DNA of 64,000 nt, from assembly GCA_934130595.1 (NCBI GenBank), contig CAKOYF010000001.1:68290-132289 (forward strand), written 5' to 3'. This stretch comes from an uncultured Clostridia bacterium (GTDB lineage: Bacteria; Bacillota; Clostridia; TANB77; CAG-465). Shown piece by piece: positions 27,833 through 38,308 of this stretch. The translations under genes and the position numbers were made by a program. The notes under the pieces were generated by a model. The model was not told the origin of the DNA. It was given only the letters and a program-made list of their open reading frames with translations, and did not search any database. Each line of letters opens with the position of its first letter. The stretch's first letter is position 1.

Positions 27833-29344
27833 ATGAGAATTTTACAAGTTACCGGATTTCCAAACAATGGTGCTGGTAGTGGTACTTTAATAACTACTCA
27901 AGCTGAGGGATTAGTAAAAAATAATCATGCAGTATGCTGCATATTATCTGAAAACAATACTAACTTTCCTAGACTTGCTGGTGTTAAATATCACATGATA
28001 CCTTTTACTGCTGAAGAAAACGCAGAAAAGATACCTGGTCAACTAGATTTTAACTTTCCTATGTTTACAACTCACACTAGATCAACAGCCACATTTTGGA
28101 ACATGGATCTCGATGAAATAAAAGCAATTGAACAAAAATATAGGGAGGCTATTGCACAAGAAATCGAAGAATTTAAACCTGATGTAATTCATGGTCAACA
28201 CAACTGGATTCATAACGCTGTTGCTACAGAATTTGATTTACCAGTAGTAGTTACAATCCATGGAACTGACTTAATGGGATATGAAAGAAGTCTTAACAGA
28301 TTAAAAGAACTTAGAGAGCTTGTACATTCTGGTACACTTTCAAAAGATGAACTTTTAAAATGTAAAGAAGAAGTGGATAAATATGCTCACTTTGTACAAA
28401 TGGCAAGAAAATCCGCTGCTGATTCTCAAGGAATAATTGTTATTTCAGAGGCTCAAAAGCAAAAATTCTGTCAATTGTTCCCAGATCAAGCAGATAAGGT
28501 TGAACAAATCACTAATGGTTATAACCCAGATGTATTTAAAGTTATGCCTGTAGATAAAAAAGATGTTTTAGCATCTCTTACAGCACAAAATACACCTGAT
28601 GGTAAAATACCTACTGACTATGATAAGATAGTTACTTTCGTTGGAAAGTTTGCAGATTTCAAAGGTATTGACGTAGCTTTAGACGCTGCTAAAAAATACG
28701 AAGAAGCTGCCGCAGAAAACGGCTTAAAAGTTGCAACTATTATTGTTGGTAGCGGTGCTTTAGAACAACAACTTAAAGCTCAAGCAAAAGATTTACAATT
28801 ACAACATACTTATTTTGTTGGAAGACAACAACATGATGTAATACGTAAGATTCAAAATGCTTCAGATGTTTCATTAGTTCCATCAAGAGAAGAACCTTTT
28901 GGTCTTGTTGCAATTGAAGCTACTGCATGTGGACATCCTGTAATAGCTACAAACAATGGTGGTCTTTGTGAAGTTGTTAATAACACAGGTAAAAGAATTA
29001 AAAAAGATTTTGATCCTTCTACTGATGCACAAGATCCAAGCATTCTAGCACCAGACGCTGGAACAACAGATGTTTACACTACACCTCTTGGTATATTAAT
29101 ACCTCAAGAAGATAGTGAAGCTTTAGCTGATGGAGTTATGGATATCGTTACTGGTAAAAAGACTTTCGATGGTCAACAAATAGCTGAATTTACAAAAGCT
29201 AATTATGATCAAGAAGTAATAAACCAAAAACTTCTTGCTTTATTCGGCAGAGTTTCTGAAAACTATGTATCTAAAGGCAGTGGGGCCAAAGGTAAATCAT
29301 ACACATTAAAACCACAAACTAGTGGGTTTGATCGTGAAGATTAA
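27833..29344 (+). CDS. GT4-family glycosyltransferase, 503 aa (retaining GT-B fold).
   Basis: Strong AAAGGAGGAA RBS. C-terminal GT4 signature EEPFGLVAIEATACGHPVIATNNGG and an N-terminal MRILQVTGFP..GSG motif. Confidence 0.7.
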   Translation: MRILQVTGFPNNGAGSGTLITTQAEGLVKNNHAVCCILSENNTNFPRLAGVKYHMIPFTAEENAEKIPGQLDFNFPMFTTHTRSTATFWNMDLDEIKAIEQKYREAIAQEIEEFKPDVIHGQHNWIHNAVATEFDLPVVVTIHGTDLMGYERSLNRLKELRELVHSGTLSKDELLKCKEEVDKYAHFVQMARKSAADSQGIIVISEAQKQKFCQLFPDQADKVEQITNGYNPDVFKVMPVDKKDVLASLTAQNTPDGKIPTDYDKIVTFVGKFADFKGIDVALDAAKKYEEAAAENGLKVATIIVGSGALEQQLKAQAKDLQLQHTYFVGRQQHDVIRKIQNASDVSLVPSREEPFGLVAIEATACGHPVIATNNGGLCEVVNNTGKRIKKDFDPSTDAQDPSILAPDAGTTDVYTTPLGILIPQEDSEALADGVMDIVTGKKTFDGQQIAEFTKANYDQEVINQKLLALFGRVSENYVSKGSGAKGKSYTLKPQTSGFDRED

Positions 29345-29350
29345 AAATAA

Positions 29351-29393
29351 AAATACGCTTAAAATGTAATTAATTTTTAAGCGTATTTTTTTG
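29351..29393 (+). terminator. Intrinsic terminator of the glycosyltransferase gene.
   Basis: ATACGCTTAAAA/TTTTAAGCGTAT stem followed by TTTTTTT. Confidence 0.65.
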
Positions 29394-29398
29394 TGACA

Positions 29399-29425
29399 TA
29401 AAAAAACCGCTACTAGATAGCGGCT
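29399..29425 (-). terminator. Intrinsic terminator of the convergent minus-strand gene 29448..29951.
   Basis: CCGCTA/TAGCGG stem, followed on the minus strand by UUUUUUUA. Confidence 0.55.
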
Positions 29426-29447
29426 TAAACAAAAAATTAAATAGTTA

Positions 29448-29951
29448 TTATTCAACGTCTTTTTTCTCTTCTTTTTCAGCTTTTCTTAATTTCGAATTAA
29501 TATCTGTTGTATTTCTACAAGTAATAATTTGAATTAACATGAATTCGTATGTTATTCTTATTATTAAATTTCCAAATATTAATAAAGCTACAGCTGATAT
29601 AATATTTACAGCAATTAGACCTAATGACAATAAAGTTACAAATATAGCAGCTACAAGATATGTTATTTTTAACAATGTTTCAACTACCATATTTTTAAAG
29701 CTTAATGTTTCATATAACCAGCCTAAAAATCCTGTGAACTTACCTTCATTCTTTTTACTTAAGAATGTAAAGTATAGTGCAATTCCCCCAACTATTGCAA
29801 CTATTAAAGCAATAATTGACCAAATTCCTAAAACAGCCATGCTATCAGCAGCTTTTGATACGCTGTTTAGAGAACTAGGACTATATAAACTTGAAGAACT
29901 CATAAAATCCCCTCCTATTAATACCATAACATAAACAAATAAATTATTCAA
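29448..29951 (-). CDS. Membrane protein, 167 aa, function unknown.
   Basis: ORF track. Three hydrophobic helices and a C-terminal KKDVE tail. Confidence 0.4.
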   Translation of the reverse strand: MNNLFVYVMVLIGGDFMSSSSLYSPSSLNSVSKAADSMAVLGIWSIIALIVAIVGGIALYFTFLSKKNEGKFTGFLGWLYETLSFKNMVVETLLKITYLVAAIFVTLLSLGLIAVNIISAVALLIFGNLIIRITYEFMLIQIITCRNTTDINSKLRKAEKEEKKDVE

Positions 29952-30633
29952 TATCTAGTTCTAAGTTTTCCATAGGTATCTCTACTTGAATTATTCCCGC
30001 AACATATGGGGCTATACTTTCCGGATTAAAAAATATAATAATATCTTTATCGTTTATTATATAATTGCTAAATGTATCTACATCTTTTACAAGACCTTTT
30101 GATATCCATGAATCATTTGAATATTGTTTAACTTTACTATTTTCTTTTATCTTTTCACCGCAAACATTAAAAAGTTTTTCTATTAACTCGGGATATTTTT
30201 CTATAATATCTTTCATTTCTATTACTTCATCTTCTTTAAAAACAATAGTAAAAACCTCATCTAAATCATGACCTATTCCAACGTTGCTTTTTATATTAAA
30301 TTTAAAAGATGTAATATCATTATGCTCAAATTCTTCAAATGAAATTGTCAGCTTCTTCTTTTGAGATATATACTCACTACTTTCTAATTTTTCTTTGTAA
30401 TAATCTATTTTTTCTTTTATCTTGTTATTTACTTTTTCATATTTTGTAACAGGATAAAAAATATTTATACTTTTATCCTTAGTATCTTCACATATACTTT
30501 CTATTTTATATTTGTCTATATTATTTGATACATCTTTAACACTCACTATATTATTACTTTCTATTGAGACGATTTTAGAGGAAAGTATCATAACAAAGCA
30601 TAAAAAAAGAGCAAGTAATTGTTTATGATTCAT
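29944..30633 (-). CDS. Secreted protein or lipoprotein, 229 aa, possibly of the DUF4163/DUF3298 (RsiV/PdaC-like) type.
   Basis: Signal peptide MNHKQLLALFLCFVMILSS. Domain call is from general composition only. Confidence 0.35.
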   Translation of the reverse strand: MNHKQLLALFLCFVMILSSKIVSIESNNIVSVKDVSNNIDKYKIESICEDTKDKSINIFYPVTKYEKVNNKIKEKIDYYKEKLESSEYISQKKKLTISFEEFEHNDITSFKFNIKSNVGIGHDLDEVFTIVFKEDEVIEMKDIIEKYPELIEKLFNVCGEKIKENSKVKQYSNDSWISKGLVKDVDTFSNYIINDKDIIIFFNPESIAPYVAGIIQVEIPMENLELDIE

Positions 30634-30677
30634 ATTATCACCTAAAACAATTATATGCTCACTCTATTTTTTTATTT

Positions 30678-31091
30678 CTATTTTTCATCTAAATCAAATG
30701 GAACATTTAAAAAATAGTCTACCTTTTTTACTACTTCTTTTCCATCTACATAACAAATTATATCAATATCTCTACACATATCTACAATGTATTGTAAACA
30801 TATTCCACATGGTATTAGTGTAGAATCAAAATCTTTAGCATCTCTTCTTTTTCCAGCAACTGCTATTGCAAGAAATTCTCTATCTCCATGAGATATAGCA
30901 GTTTGTATTGCATTTCTTTCAGCACACACAGATAAATTAGGGATTTTACTATCTTCTACATTAACACCAACATACACTGTTCCACTTTTAGCAAGTAGGG
31001 CAGCACCAACTGTATAGTCTGTAGAGGGTGTATATGCATTTTTAGAAATATTCTTAGCAATATTCATTAAATCTTCTTGTTTCATATTCAA
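30678..31091 (-). CDS. cdd: Cytidine deaminase.
   Basis: CAERNAI and PCGICLQ zinc-binding motifs; 137 aa. Confidence 0.85.
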   Translation of the reverse strand: MNMKQEDLMNIAKNISKNAYTPSTDYTVGAALLAKSGTVYVGVNVEDSKIPNLSVCAERNAIQTAISHGDREFLAIAVAGKRRDAKDFDSTLIPCGICLQYIVDMCRDIDIICYVDGKEVVKKVDYFLNVPFDLDEK

Positions 31092-31098
31092 TTCTCCT

Positions 31099-31905
31099 TT
31101 AAAAGCTTAGCTTTTTTAATATTTCAGGTCCTATTAAAACCAATTGGTATACAAATAATACAATAATTATACCTAGTAATGCACTATATATCATATTTAT
31201 TGTTCTAGCTTTTGTATGAGTAACCTTCATTCCAAATATCATTAAACTTAATATTCCACAAATTGCTCCAACAAGAAAACTTCTTGTTATTATGCATGCA
31301 TAAGTTGTAAGGCCAAATGCTAGTGCAATCTTTAAACTTGGTCCAGAATGTGCATATTCTTCTCCTCTGCCAAACATTCCCTTTAAAATGACTGTCAATA
31401 CAACTATCATAAATATAACAGTAAGTAGTATGTTTCCACTAGAAGAAAACACATTTGCTAATATACTACTAGTTGCAACTTTTAACTTGTCCGAAAAAAG
31501 AAAATATGCAACTATAACAGATATACTAGATGAAATAAGTACTCCACCTGCTGCAATATCTTTAGCAGCTTTTGCTCTGTCATCATATTTGTCTGTAACC
31601 AAATCAACAATATATTCAGCAACAGAGTTTATCATTTCAGAGAATATAACAAATCCAACTGTTAAGCACAAACAAACAAACTCTGTTTTATCTAATCCTA
31701 AGACTACTCCTGCAAGTAATACACATACAGCACAAAAGTAATCTATTCTTAAGTTTCTTTCTGTTTTAAAAGCTTTTATAACACCATCTATTGAATGGTG
31801 CAATGCTGTAGCAAAATTTTTGTTTTTAACATTTTTTAGTCTTTGTAAATTTTCTTCTCTTTCATCAAGGTTACTTTTTTCTACTTTTTCTTGATCTTTA
31901 TCCAT
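31099..31905 (-). CDS. dgkA: DgkA-family lipid kinase (undecaprenol/diacylglycerol kinase) with an extra ~110-aa C-terminal multi-TM extension.
   Basis: ALHHSIDG ... EMINSVAEYIVD motifs in the first ~150 aa. Total length is 268 aa versus ~120 aa typical. Confidence 0.6.
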   Translation of the reverse strand: MDKDQEKVEKSNLDEREENLQRLKNVKNKNFATALHHSIDGVIKAFKTERNLRIDYFCAVCVLLAGVVLGLDKTEFVCLCLTVGFVIFSEMINSVAEYIVDLVTDKYDDRAKAAKDIAAGGVLISSSISVIVAYFLFSDKLKVATSSILANVFSSSGNILLTVIFMIVVLTVILKGMFGRGEEYAHSGPSLKIALAFGLTTYACIITRSFLVGAICGILSLMIFGMKVTHTKARTINMIYSALLGIIIVLFVYQLVLIGPEILKKLSF

Positions 31906-32410
31906 TTACTTCACTAACTCCTATTTTACTTAATATCTTTTCTTCTAAAGCTCTCATTTCTTTTTTCTCATCTTCAACCATATGATCATATCCCATCAAA
32001 TGACATACACCATGTGTTATCATATAAAGCATTTCTCTTAATATACCTGTTTGATATTCTATAGCATGCTCTTGTAAAACATCAATACATATTATTATAT
32101 CTCCAAGTTCAAGTTCTCTTACTTTTTTATCTTCTTCAAGATTTGCAAAGTCATTTATTTCTTCTCTTGAAAATATTGGAAAAGATAATACATCAGTTGG
32201 TCTATCTACATTTCTATATTCTTTATTTATTCTATGTATTTCATCTTTATCTACAGCACTTATTGATATTGATACATTTTGATTTTCTATATTTTTCTCA
32301 GCTAATGCAGTTTGAACAATAGTATCAATATCTGATGTAATATCTCTATCACATTTTTCTTTAATATATTCAACAAGTCTTTCGTCTAAATCCACATTTA
32401 TTTTATTCAT
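31898..32410 (-). CDS. ybeY: rRNA maturation endoribonuclease YbeY.
   Basis: HGVCHLMGYDH zinc motif; 170 aa. Confidence 0.85.
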   Translation of the reverse strand: MNKINVDLDERLVEYIKEKCDRDITSDIDTIVQTALAEKNIENQNVSISISAVDKDEIHRINKEYRNVDRPTDVLSFPIFSREEINDFANLEEDKKVRELELGDIIICIDVLQEHAIEYQTGILREMLYMITHGVCHLMGYDHMVEDEKKEMRALEEKILSKIGVSEVNG

Positions 32411-32417
32411 TTTATTT

Positions 32418-33602
32418 TTAATTCCTTTCTCTAAAGTATCCTACTTCTTCTGATATTTGATAAACAATTTTTACTTCTATTTTTTCCTCATCTTCATATT
32501 CTATACTTATTTGTGAATCTAAAATTTTTCCATTTCTAACATTAGGCATTATTTCATTTTTTATATAGCTCTCTGCATCATTTTGTGCCTTCTGTAAAAT
32601 CTCTTCTTTAGTAATCTCTATATCAATTAAATCATATATTTTAAATTCATACCAGCTAATTCCTATATTATTACCAAATATTTTTACACTTTTGCTATTT
32701 TTTATTATATCATACTTTAAAGATTTATCCAAATAATTTATGTAATTTTCTTTTTTATTTATATCTATACCTATACTATATTTTGTTTTGCCAGTATAAT
32801 TTTTTTGCTGTATTAAATAGCTATATTCCTTTTCATATTCATACTCTGTTTTTAAAGTTATTACACCTTTTGCTGTAACGTCTTTTGTATCTACAGTATC
32901 GCTGTAAATTTTCCCTTCAATTAAAATTCTACCATCTTCTACATAATCTCCTGCTTTAGATATTGCTGTTCCATTTTCAACTACAATTTTTTCTATAATT
33001 CCACTTTTATCTGAAATTATATCTCCTATACTATTTGTATTTATTGCTCTATCTGGTAGTTTTGTCTTTTCAACAATATTTACATATACATTTGTTCCTT
33101 CTATATCTATTCCCACCCAAGCTATATCTGGTACCATTACTCTTAAATTATTTATAACCTTTTTAGTCTCTAATCCTATTTTGTTTTTTCCAACAGCTAC
33201 TCCTGAGCTTTCTAAAGCTTGTTTTATATCTTCAGTTTTTATGTAGTTATTTCCAGATATTTCTATATTCCATATAAATGTAGTAGATGCTATACAAAGA
33301 CTAAAAAATATTGCTAATAATATTATTACTAATCTTCTCTTTCTATATTTAAATAATTTAAAATATATTCCTTCTTTTTTTAAAATCTTAACTTTGCATT
33401 TAGTCTTTTTAGATATTTTTCTAAGTTTTTTAAAGTCTTTTATAGCAATACTAAACCTTACTATTCCGCCTCCAATAGTTTTTATATTCCAAATGTTTAT
33501 ATTATTTATTTTACAAAGATTTATATATCTTTCTGTAAAAAAGCCCTGCACCTCAACTTCTACAGTACCGCTTATTTTCTTTATTCCTTCCTCTAAATTC
33601 AT
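32418..33602 (-). CDS. yqfD: Sporulation protein YqfD.
   Basis: 394 aa with a central TM helix. Position yqfC-yqfD-(phoH)-ybeY-dgkA-cdd as in Bacillus. Confidence 0.6.
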   Translation of the reverse strand: MNLEEGIKKISGTVEVEVQGFFTERYINLCKINNINIWNIKTIGGGIVRFSIAIKDFKKLRKISKKTKCKVKILKKEGIYFKLFKYRKRRLVIILLAIFFSLCIASTTFIWNIEISGNNYIKTEDIKQALESSGVAVGKNKIGLETKKVINNLRVMVPDIAWVGIDIEGTNVYVNIVEKTKLPDRAINTNSIGDIISDKSGIIEKIVVENGTAISKAGDYVEDGRILIEGKIYSDTVDTKDVTAKGVITLKTEYEYEKEYSYLIQQKNYTGKTKYSIGIDINKKENYINYLDKSLKYDIIKNSKSVKIFGNNIGISWYEFKIYDLIDIEITKEEILQKAQNDAESYIKNEIMPNVRNGKILDSQISIEYEDEEKIEVKIVYQISEEVGYFRERN

Positions 33603-33610
33603 TATTATAC

Positions 33611-33949
33611 CTACCTATTTTGAAATCCAACATTACTTATTTTTCCTGATATAAGTAACTCTGAATCTGTAATCTCATTTATTTTCAAACTACTTCCATC
33701 TAGTATTACATATATATTTTGAGTTTGAATTTTTATATAATTATCATAATAATCTACAATGTTATTTTTTCCTTCTATTAATATCTGAGCATTTTCTATC
33801 ATTGTTATTCTTGCTAAATCTGATAACTCTTGTGGTAAATTTAACGTTTCTATAAATCTCTCTTTTACCTCTGAAACTTTTGATTTAAAGCTTATTTTTT
33901 TTAACATTTTTTTGCTATCCTTTTTTATTTTTTTCACGCTATTTATCAC
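33611..33949 (-). CDS. yqfC: Sporulation protein YqfC (YabP family).
   Basis: Small protein upstream of yqfD, YabP/YqfC-like. Start possibly at an internal Met. Confidence 0.5.
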   Translation of the reverse strand: MINSVKKIKKDSKKMLKKISFKSKVSEVKERFIETLNLPQELSDLARITMIENAQILIEGKNNIVDYYDNYIKIQTQNIYVILDGSSLKINEITDSELLISGKISNVGFQNR

Positions 33950-34029
33950 CTATCTTAAGTATATTTATACTTCTTATTTTTTATTACTTAGAAAAGAAAA
34001 TAGCAGAGAAAATAAACTTCTCTGCTATT

Positions 34030-34485
34030 TTAAATTACAAGAATTTCATGCTCGCTATCTTTTGTTTTAGCATTTAAATATCCTTTTATTCCTTTTCCTT
34101 CATCAGATAAAGAATACTTGTGTTCTATTTGATAATTAATTAATTTTGGAACATTATTCTCTATTACTAATTCTTTTAAGAATTTTTCTTTCTTTACATT
34201 ATATATTTTCTTCTTATATAATGCTACTCTTGCTGTAGATTTACTATTCATTTGTCTTGGTACAATGTATTGATTCTTTGATGTAATTATACTTACAGGA
34301 CCATTTTCATCATCAATTTTATCGTAAGAAAAAGATTTTATTCTCTCTCTTCCTCCTAGCCATATAAAATATCCAAAATGGTGTATTTTTCGTATTATTA
34401 ACATTTGTTCATACTTTCCGTATAAACTCCTCCTGTTCAATAATGCAAAGCTTTGTTGACATGTCCAGTATAGAATCATCTCCAT
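34030..34485 (-). CDS. Hypothetical protein, 151 aa.
   Basis: ORF track only. Confidence 0.3.
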   Translation of the reverse strand: MEMILYWTCQQSFALLNRRSLYGKYEQMLIIRKIHHFGYFIWLGGRERIKSFSYDKIDDENGPVSIITSKNQYIVPRQMNSKSTARVALYKKKIYNVKKEKFLKELVIENNVPKLINYQIEHKYSLSDEGKGIKGYLNAKTKDSEHEILVI

Positions 34486-34650
34486 AATAATAATCTAAAA
34501 CATGTGGAAACCTCATACTCAAAACCTCCTTTTTTTAATTAAAAATTAGTAACTATTTTTATGTACGACTACTATTATACTACTTTTGTGATTAAAAGTC
34601 AATTATGTAAACACATAATAAAAAACAGGTGGAATTTATCCACCTGTTTT

Positions 34651-36258
34651 CTATTGTTTTTCTAATATTGTTTTTCCATCAAATGTATAGTAACCTTTAT
34701 TTAGTTCTATAACATTTACTGTTTCGTCTCTGTTTAGATAATCTGCAACTGAATAAGAATAAGTCATTTTTCCTGTTTCTATACTATAAATATTTATAGA
34801 TTCTCCATTTTGAACTCCTATATATTTTTCTACACAGAATAATTTTGTACCTTGAGCTTTATCTACTTTTACTTTTCCATCTTTATCTACTACTGATACA
34901 ACATTTTCTTTTGTATTTTCTATAGTTAAATAATCATTTGTAGCATTTACTTCATCTTCTTGAGCTAATTCTATTTGAGAATTTTTACCTAATAATAATA
35001 GTTTTTGTGAAGTACTACCTTCAATGTTCTTTTCAACAGTAAGTCCAAATCCTTTAGATGAATATTCAACTATTCCATCCATTACTTTCTTACCTTTGAA
35101 AGTATATACTTCATATGATGAAACATCATTTGATGGATTTAATACAAGATATTGTAAATTGTTTATATTGTTTCCATTAAATTCACATCCTGAAACTTTA
35201 ACTGATTTTTTATTTTCATTTATTATTTTTACACCATCTGTTTCATTTTCTATGAAATATACATTTCCATCAATGTCTTGAACTGGATTTATTTTATTTT
35301 CTGATTCTAATACTTTTTTAAAGTCTGTATCATATACAGTATATTTGTATTTTCTTGTTCCTGAAGTTACATTCTTTTGTTCTACTACAACATATTTTTT
35401 GAAATATACTCTAGCATCAGAAGAATAATCTTCAGATGTATCTAATTCTGTTTTTAGTTTTCCTTTTTTATCATAAAAGCTTATCTTTCCATCAGATTTT
35501 AAAATATTGTATGATATATTAACATCTTGATTATCTTGGAATAATTCTTCTCCTGTTACTAAATCAAAATATTTCTTTTCTCCGTCAAAAGATATATAAA
35601 TTATTGTATCATATTCATCATTAAATTTATTAGCATATGAAATACTATGTAATGCAACTTCTGTTTCATAAAATTGTTTTCCTGATTCATTTATGAAAAT
35701 ATATTTTCCATCTTTTTGACATTCAAATACAACTTCTGTTGCTTCTTGAACTGTAGTAATTGATATATAACTATATTCTGGATTTATTATAACTTTTCCT
35801 TTATAATCTATTACTCCATATTTTCCATCTTTTTCAACTTTATAAAATTTTCCACCAACTACTTGTGTAAAGTTTGTATATTCACCAAATTTTACTACTT
35901 CACCTTTATTTTTATTTATAAGTGCCATTTGTGTAGTTCCTGTATCTTTATCTAGTTTAGATACACATGTAACATCGTAATAGAAGTCATCCATTGAAGT
36001 ATATCCTTCATATTCTTTAACTTTTCCATCTAAATCAACATATGTATATTTACTATCTGTAACATCAACTAGTTTTTGATATCCAACTAATGTTGTATCT
36101 TCTTTCTTTCCACTAGTTCCACAGTTTTTTACAACAACTACCACTAATATAATAGCAATAATTAATAAAGCTAATTTTACTATTGGTCTTTTTAATATTT
36201 TAGATAAAGTGGTACCTTTTTTTCCGGCAGCCCCACGTGAGTTTGTTTTCTTATCCAT
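34651..36258 (-). CDS. Membrane-anchored protein with repeated WG-type (KWG-like) beta-repeats, 535 aa.
   Basis: N-terminal TM helix. Recurring ..DGKYGVIDYKGKVIINPEY.. style repeats. Confidence 0.4.
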   Translation of the reverse strand: MDKKTNSRGAAGKKGTTLSKILKRPIVKLALLIIAIILVVVVVKNCGTSGKKEDTTLVGYQKLVDVTDSKYTYVDLDGKVKEYEGYTSMDDFYYDVTCVSKLDKDTGTTQMALINKNKGEVVKFGEYTNFTQVVGGKFYKVEKDGKYGVIDYKGKVIINPEYSYISITTVQEATEVVFECQKDGKYIFINESGKQFYETEVALHSISYANKFNDEYDTIIYISFDGEKKYFDLVTGEELFQDNQDVNISYNILKSDGKISFYDKKGKLKTELDTSEDYSSDARVYFKKYVVVEQKNVTSGTRKYKYTVYDTDFKKVLESENKINPVQDIDGNVYFIENETDGVKIINENKKSVKVSGCEFNGNNINNLQYLVLNPSNDVSSYEVYTFKGKKVMDGIVEYSSKGFGLTVEKNIEGSTSQKLLLLGKNSQIELAQEDEVNATNDYLTIENTKENVVSVVDKDGKVKVDKAQGTKLFCVEKYIGVQNGESINIYSIETGKMTYSYSVADYLNRDETVNVIELNKGYYTFDGKTILEKQ

Positions 36259-36345
36259 AATCTACCTCTTTTCTATCGTTTTTTACATGTATATCGTACA
36301 CTATTTTATATTTTTTGTCAATATTTTGCAGCGTATACGTTATTA

Positions 36346-37029
36346 CTATAGCTTAATTTTTATACCATCTTCGCTATCAATAAATACTAAATACATTTTA
36401 TTATTATTTTCATCTTCTAAATCAAATCTTGCAACTATATTTTTAGATTCACCTTCATCTAAAAATCCACTAACAAACTCTTCATCTCCAGAATATTGAC
36501 AATATTTCAAATCATAATTTGTAGCATTATATAGTCCTAAGTCATACAATGAAAAATATTCACTATCTTTTAAAGATTCAACATCTATATTTACATAGTA
36601 TTTATCCCCATCTATTGAAACATCATTTACTTTTATTATAAAAGATTCTCCAATTCTTACTTCATCATTAATATTATATTCTTTATAATCCTTGAATTTT
36701 TGTTCATAATAATTATCATAATCAACAACTTCATTATTAACAAATTCATCAAAGCATAATGCTATAAACTTATATGAGAATATATTTATTAATACGCAAA
36801 TAATAATTGCAATTATAGCAATTATTAGTGCTATAATTGATGCATCCTTTCTCTCTTTACCATCATTTTTCCTCATTCCTAATATAGCAAAAACTATAGC
36901 AGTTATCCCAAAAACAATAACAAATGGTATTCCAAATAATGGTGTTAAAGCACATACAAATGCGGCTATACTTCCAACTAATGCAGCTATATACATATTA
37001 TTCCCCCTATCATAATTTATAATCATCAA
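36346..37029 (-). CDS. Membrane protein with three N-terminal TM helices and an extracytoplasmic DUF4352-like beta domain, 227 aa.
   Basis: ORF track. Hydrophobic N-terminus followed by a D/E/Y-rich beta-type domain. Confidence 0.35.
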   Translation of the reverse strand: MMIINYDRGNNMYIAALVGSIAAFVCALTPLFGIPFVIVFGITAIVFAILGMRKNDGKERKDASIIALIIAIIAIIICVLINIFSYKFIALCFDEFVNNEVVDYDNYYEQKFKDYKEYNINDEVRIGESFIIKVNDVSIDGDKYYVNIDVESLKDSEYFSLYDLGLYNATNYDLKYCQYSGDEEFVSGFLDEGESKNIVARFDLEDENNNKMYLVFIDSEDGIKIKL

Positions 37030-37330
37030 AAATATAACAATTTTCTAATAACCAAGATATTTGATCTTTAGTGTTATACTTATCTGAATATAATACTTTT
37101 ATCATTTCATCTATATCTTTTCCATACATATCATTGTACAAATCTTTTATCTTTATTAAATAATCATAGAAAAAGTATGATTTATCGTATTTTTCTTTTT
37201 TATATTTTATCATTTTCCTAAATAGTTTTGTATACTCATTTAAAATTATATATTTAACATTGTCATAGTCTTTTTTTAATGTAGATTTTTCAATTTTCTT
37301 TTCTAATTTTCTTAGTTTCATAAATATCAC
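37010..37330 (-). CDS. Small hypothetical protein, 106 aa (K/Y-rich).
   Basis: ORF track only; overlaps the downstream gene by 20 nt. Confidence 0.25.
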   Translation of the reverse strand: MIFMKLRKLEKKIEKSTLKKDYDNVKYIILNEYTKLFRKMIKYKKEKYDKSYFFYDYLIKIKDLYNDMYGKDIDEMIKVLYSDKYNTKDQISWLLENCYIFDDYKL

Positions 37331-37405
37331 TAATTAAAATATATCATATATTTCTAATATATACAAGAAAAAAGCTCCGTATTAATACGAAGCTTTTTTT
37401 AATTC

Positions 37406-38308
37406 TTATGCTTTTTTATTTTTCTTTACTAATTTATCTATTGTATACCAAATATTTGTTGCAATAAATATAGAAGATAATGTACCTTCAGCAACACCTA
37501 TAGTAAGTGGTAAAGAGAATTGTTTTAATGTTTCTTGATCTTTTACCAATGCATATATTAATACAATGCAAATTGCTGTTAATGTTGTTAATGAAGTTAC
37601 AATTGTTCTATTTAATGTTTGACTGATACTTGTATTAATAACGTCTTTAACATCATTAGATTTTGTTACTATTCTTCTATTTTCTCTTATTCTGTCGTAT
37701 ACAATTATTGTATCATTTATTGAATATCCAATAATTGTAAGTATAACAGCTACAAATGTAGAGTTTATTGGGAATTTAAATACTCCATATACTGCTAATA
37801 AGAAACATACATCAAATATTAATGCAAGTACTGCAGATATTGCAGCAGTATATCCAAGTGCTTTAAATCTAATTGCTACATATACTAATAGTAAAATAAT
37901 AGAAACTACAACAGCTATTATTGCTGTATTTACTAATTCTTTACCATATGAAGCTTGTACATTTTTTACTGTAGCATCTCCCATATTTGGATATTTTTCT
38001 CTCAAAGCATCAACAATTGCATTTGATTCTTCTTCTGAAATAACTTGAGTAGTAATTGTAACAGTGTTATTACCTGAACTATTAGATTGAATTTCTGGTA
38101 CTTGTTTACATACTCCCTCAACTATTGATTTAATATCTGATACATTATACTCTTCGTTTAAATCTACTTGTATTCTTGTACCACCTTTAAAATCTATATC
38201 AAAAACATAGCCTGTTACAAATCCATATATTAAACCTGCAGCTACTATGATTAAAGAGATAGCTAAAATAATATTTTTATGCTTTAAAAAATCTAGTTTT
38301 ATTGTCAT
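37406..38308 (-). CDS. secF: Protein translocase subunit SecF.
   Basis: 300 aa, six TM helices. 4-nt overlap with secD. Confidence 0.8.
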   Translation of the reverse strand: MTIKLDFLKHKNIILAISLIIVAAGLIYGFVTGYVFDIDFKGGTRIQVDLNEEYNVSDIKSIVEGVCKQVPEIQSNSSGNNTVTITTQVISEEESNAIVDALREKYPNMGDATVKNVQASYGKELVNTAIIAVVVSIILLLVYVAIRFKALGYTAAISAVLALIFDVCFLLAVYGVFKFPINSTFVAVILTIIGYSINDTIIVYDRIRENRRIVTKSNDVKDVINTSISQTLNRTIVTSLTTLTAICIVLIYALVKDQETLKQFSLPLTIGVAEGTLSSIFIATNIWYTIDKLVKKNKKA

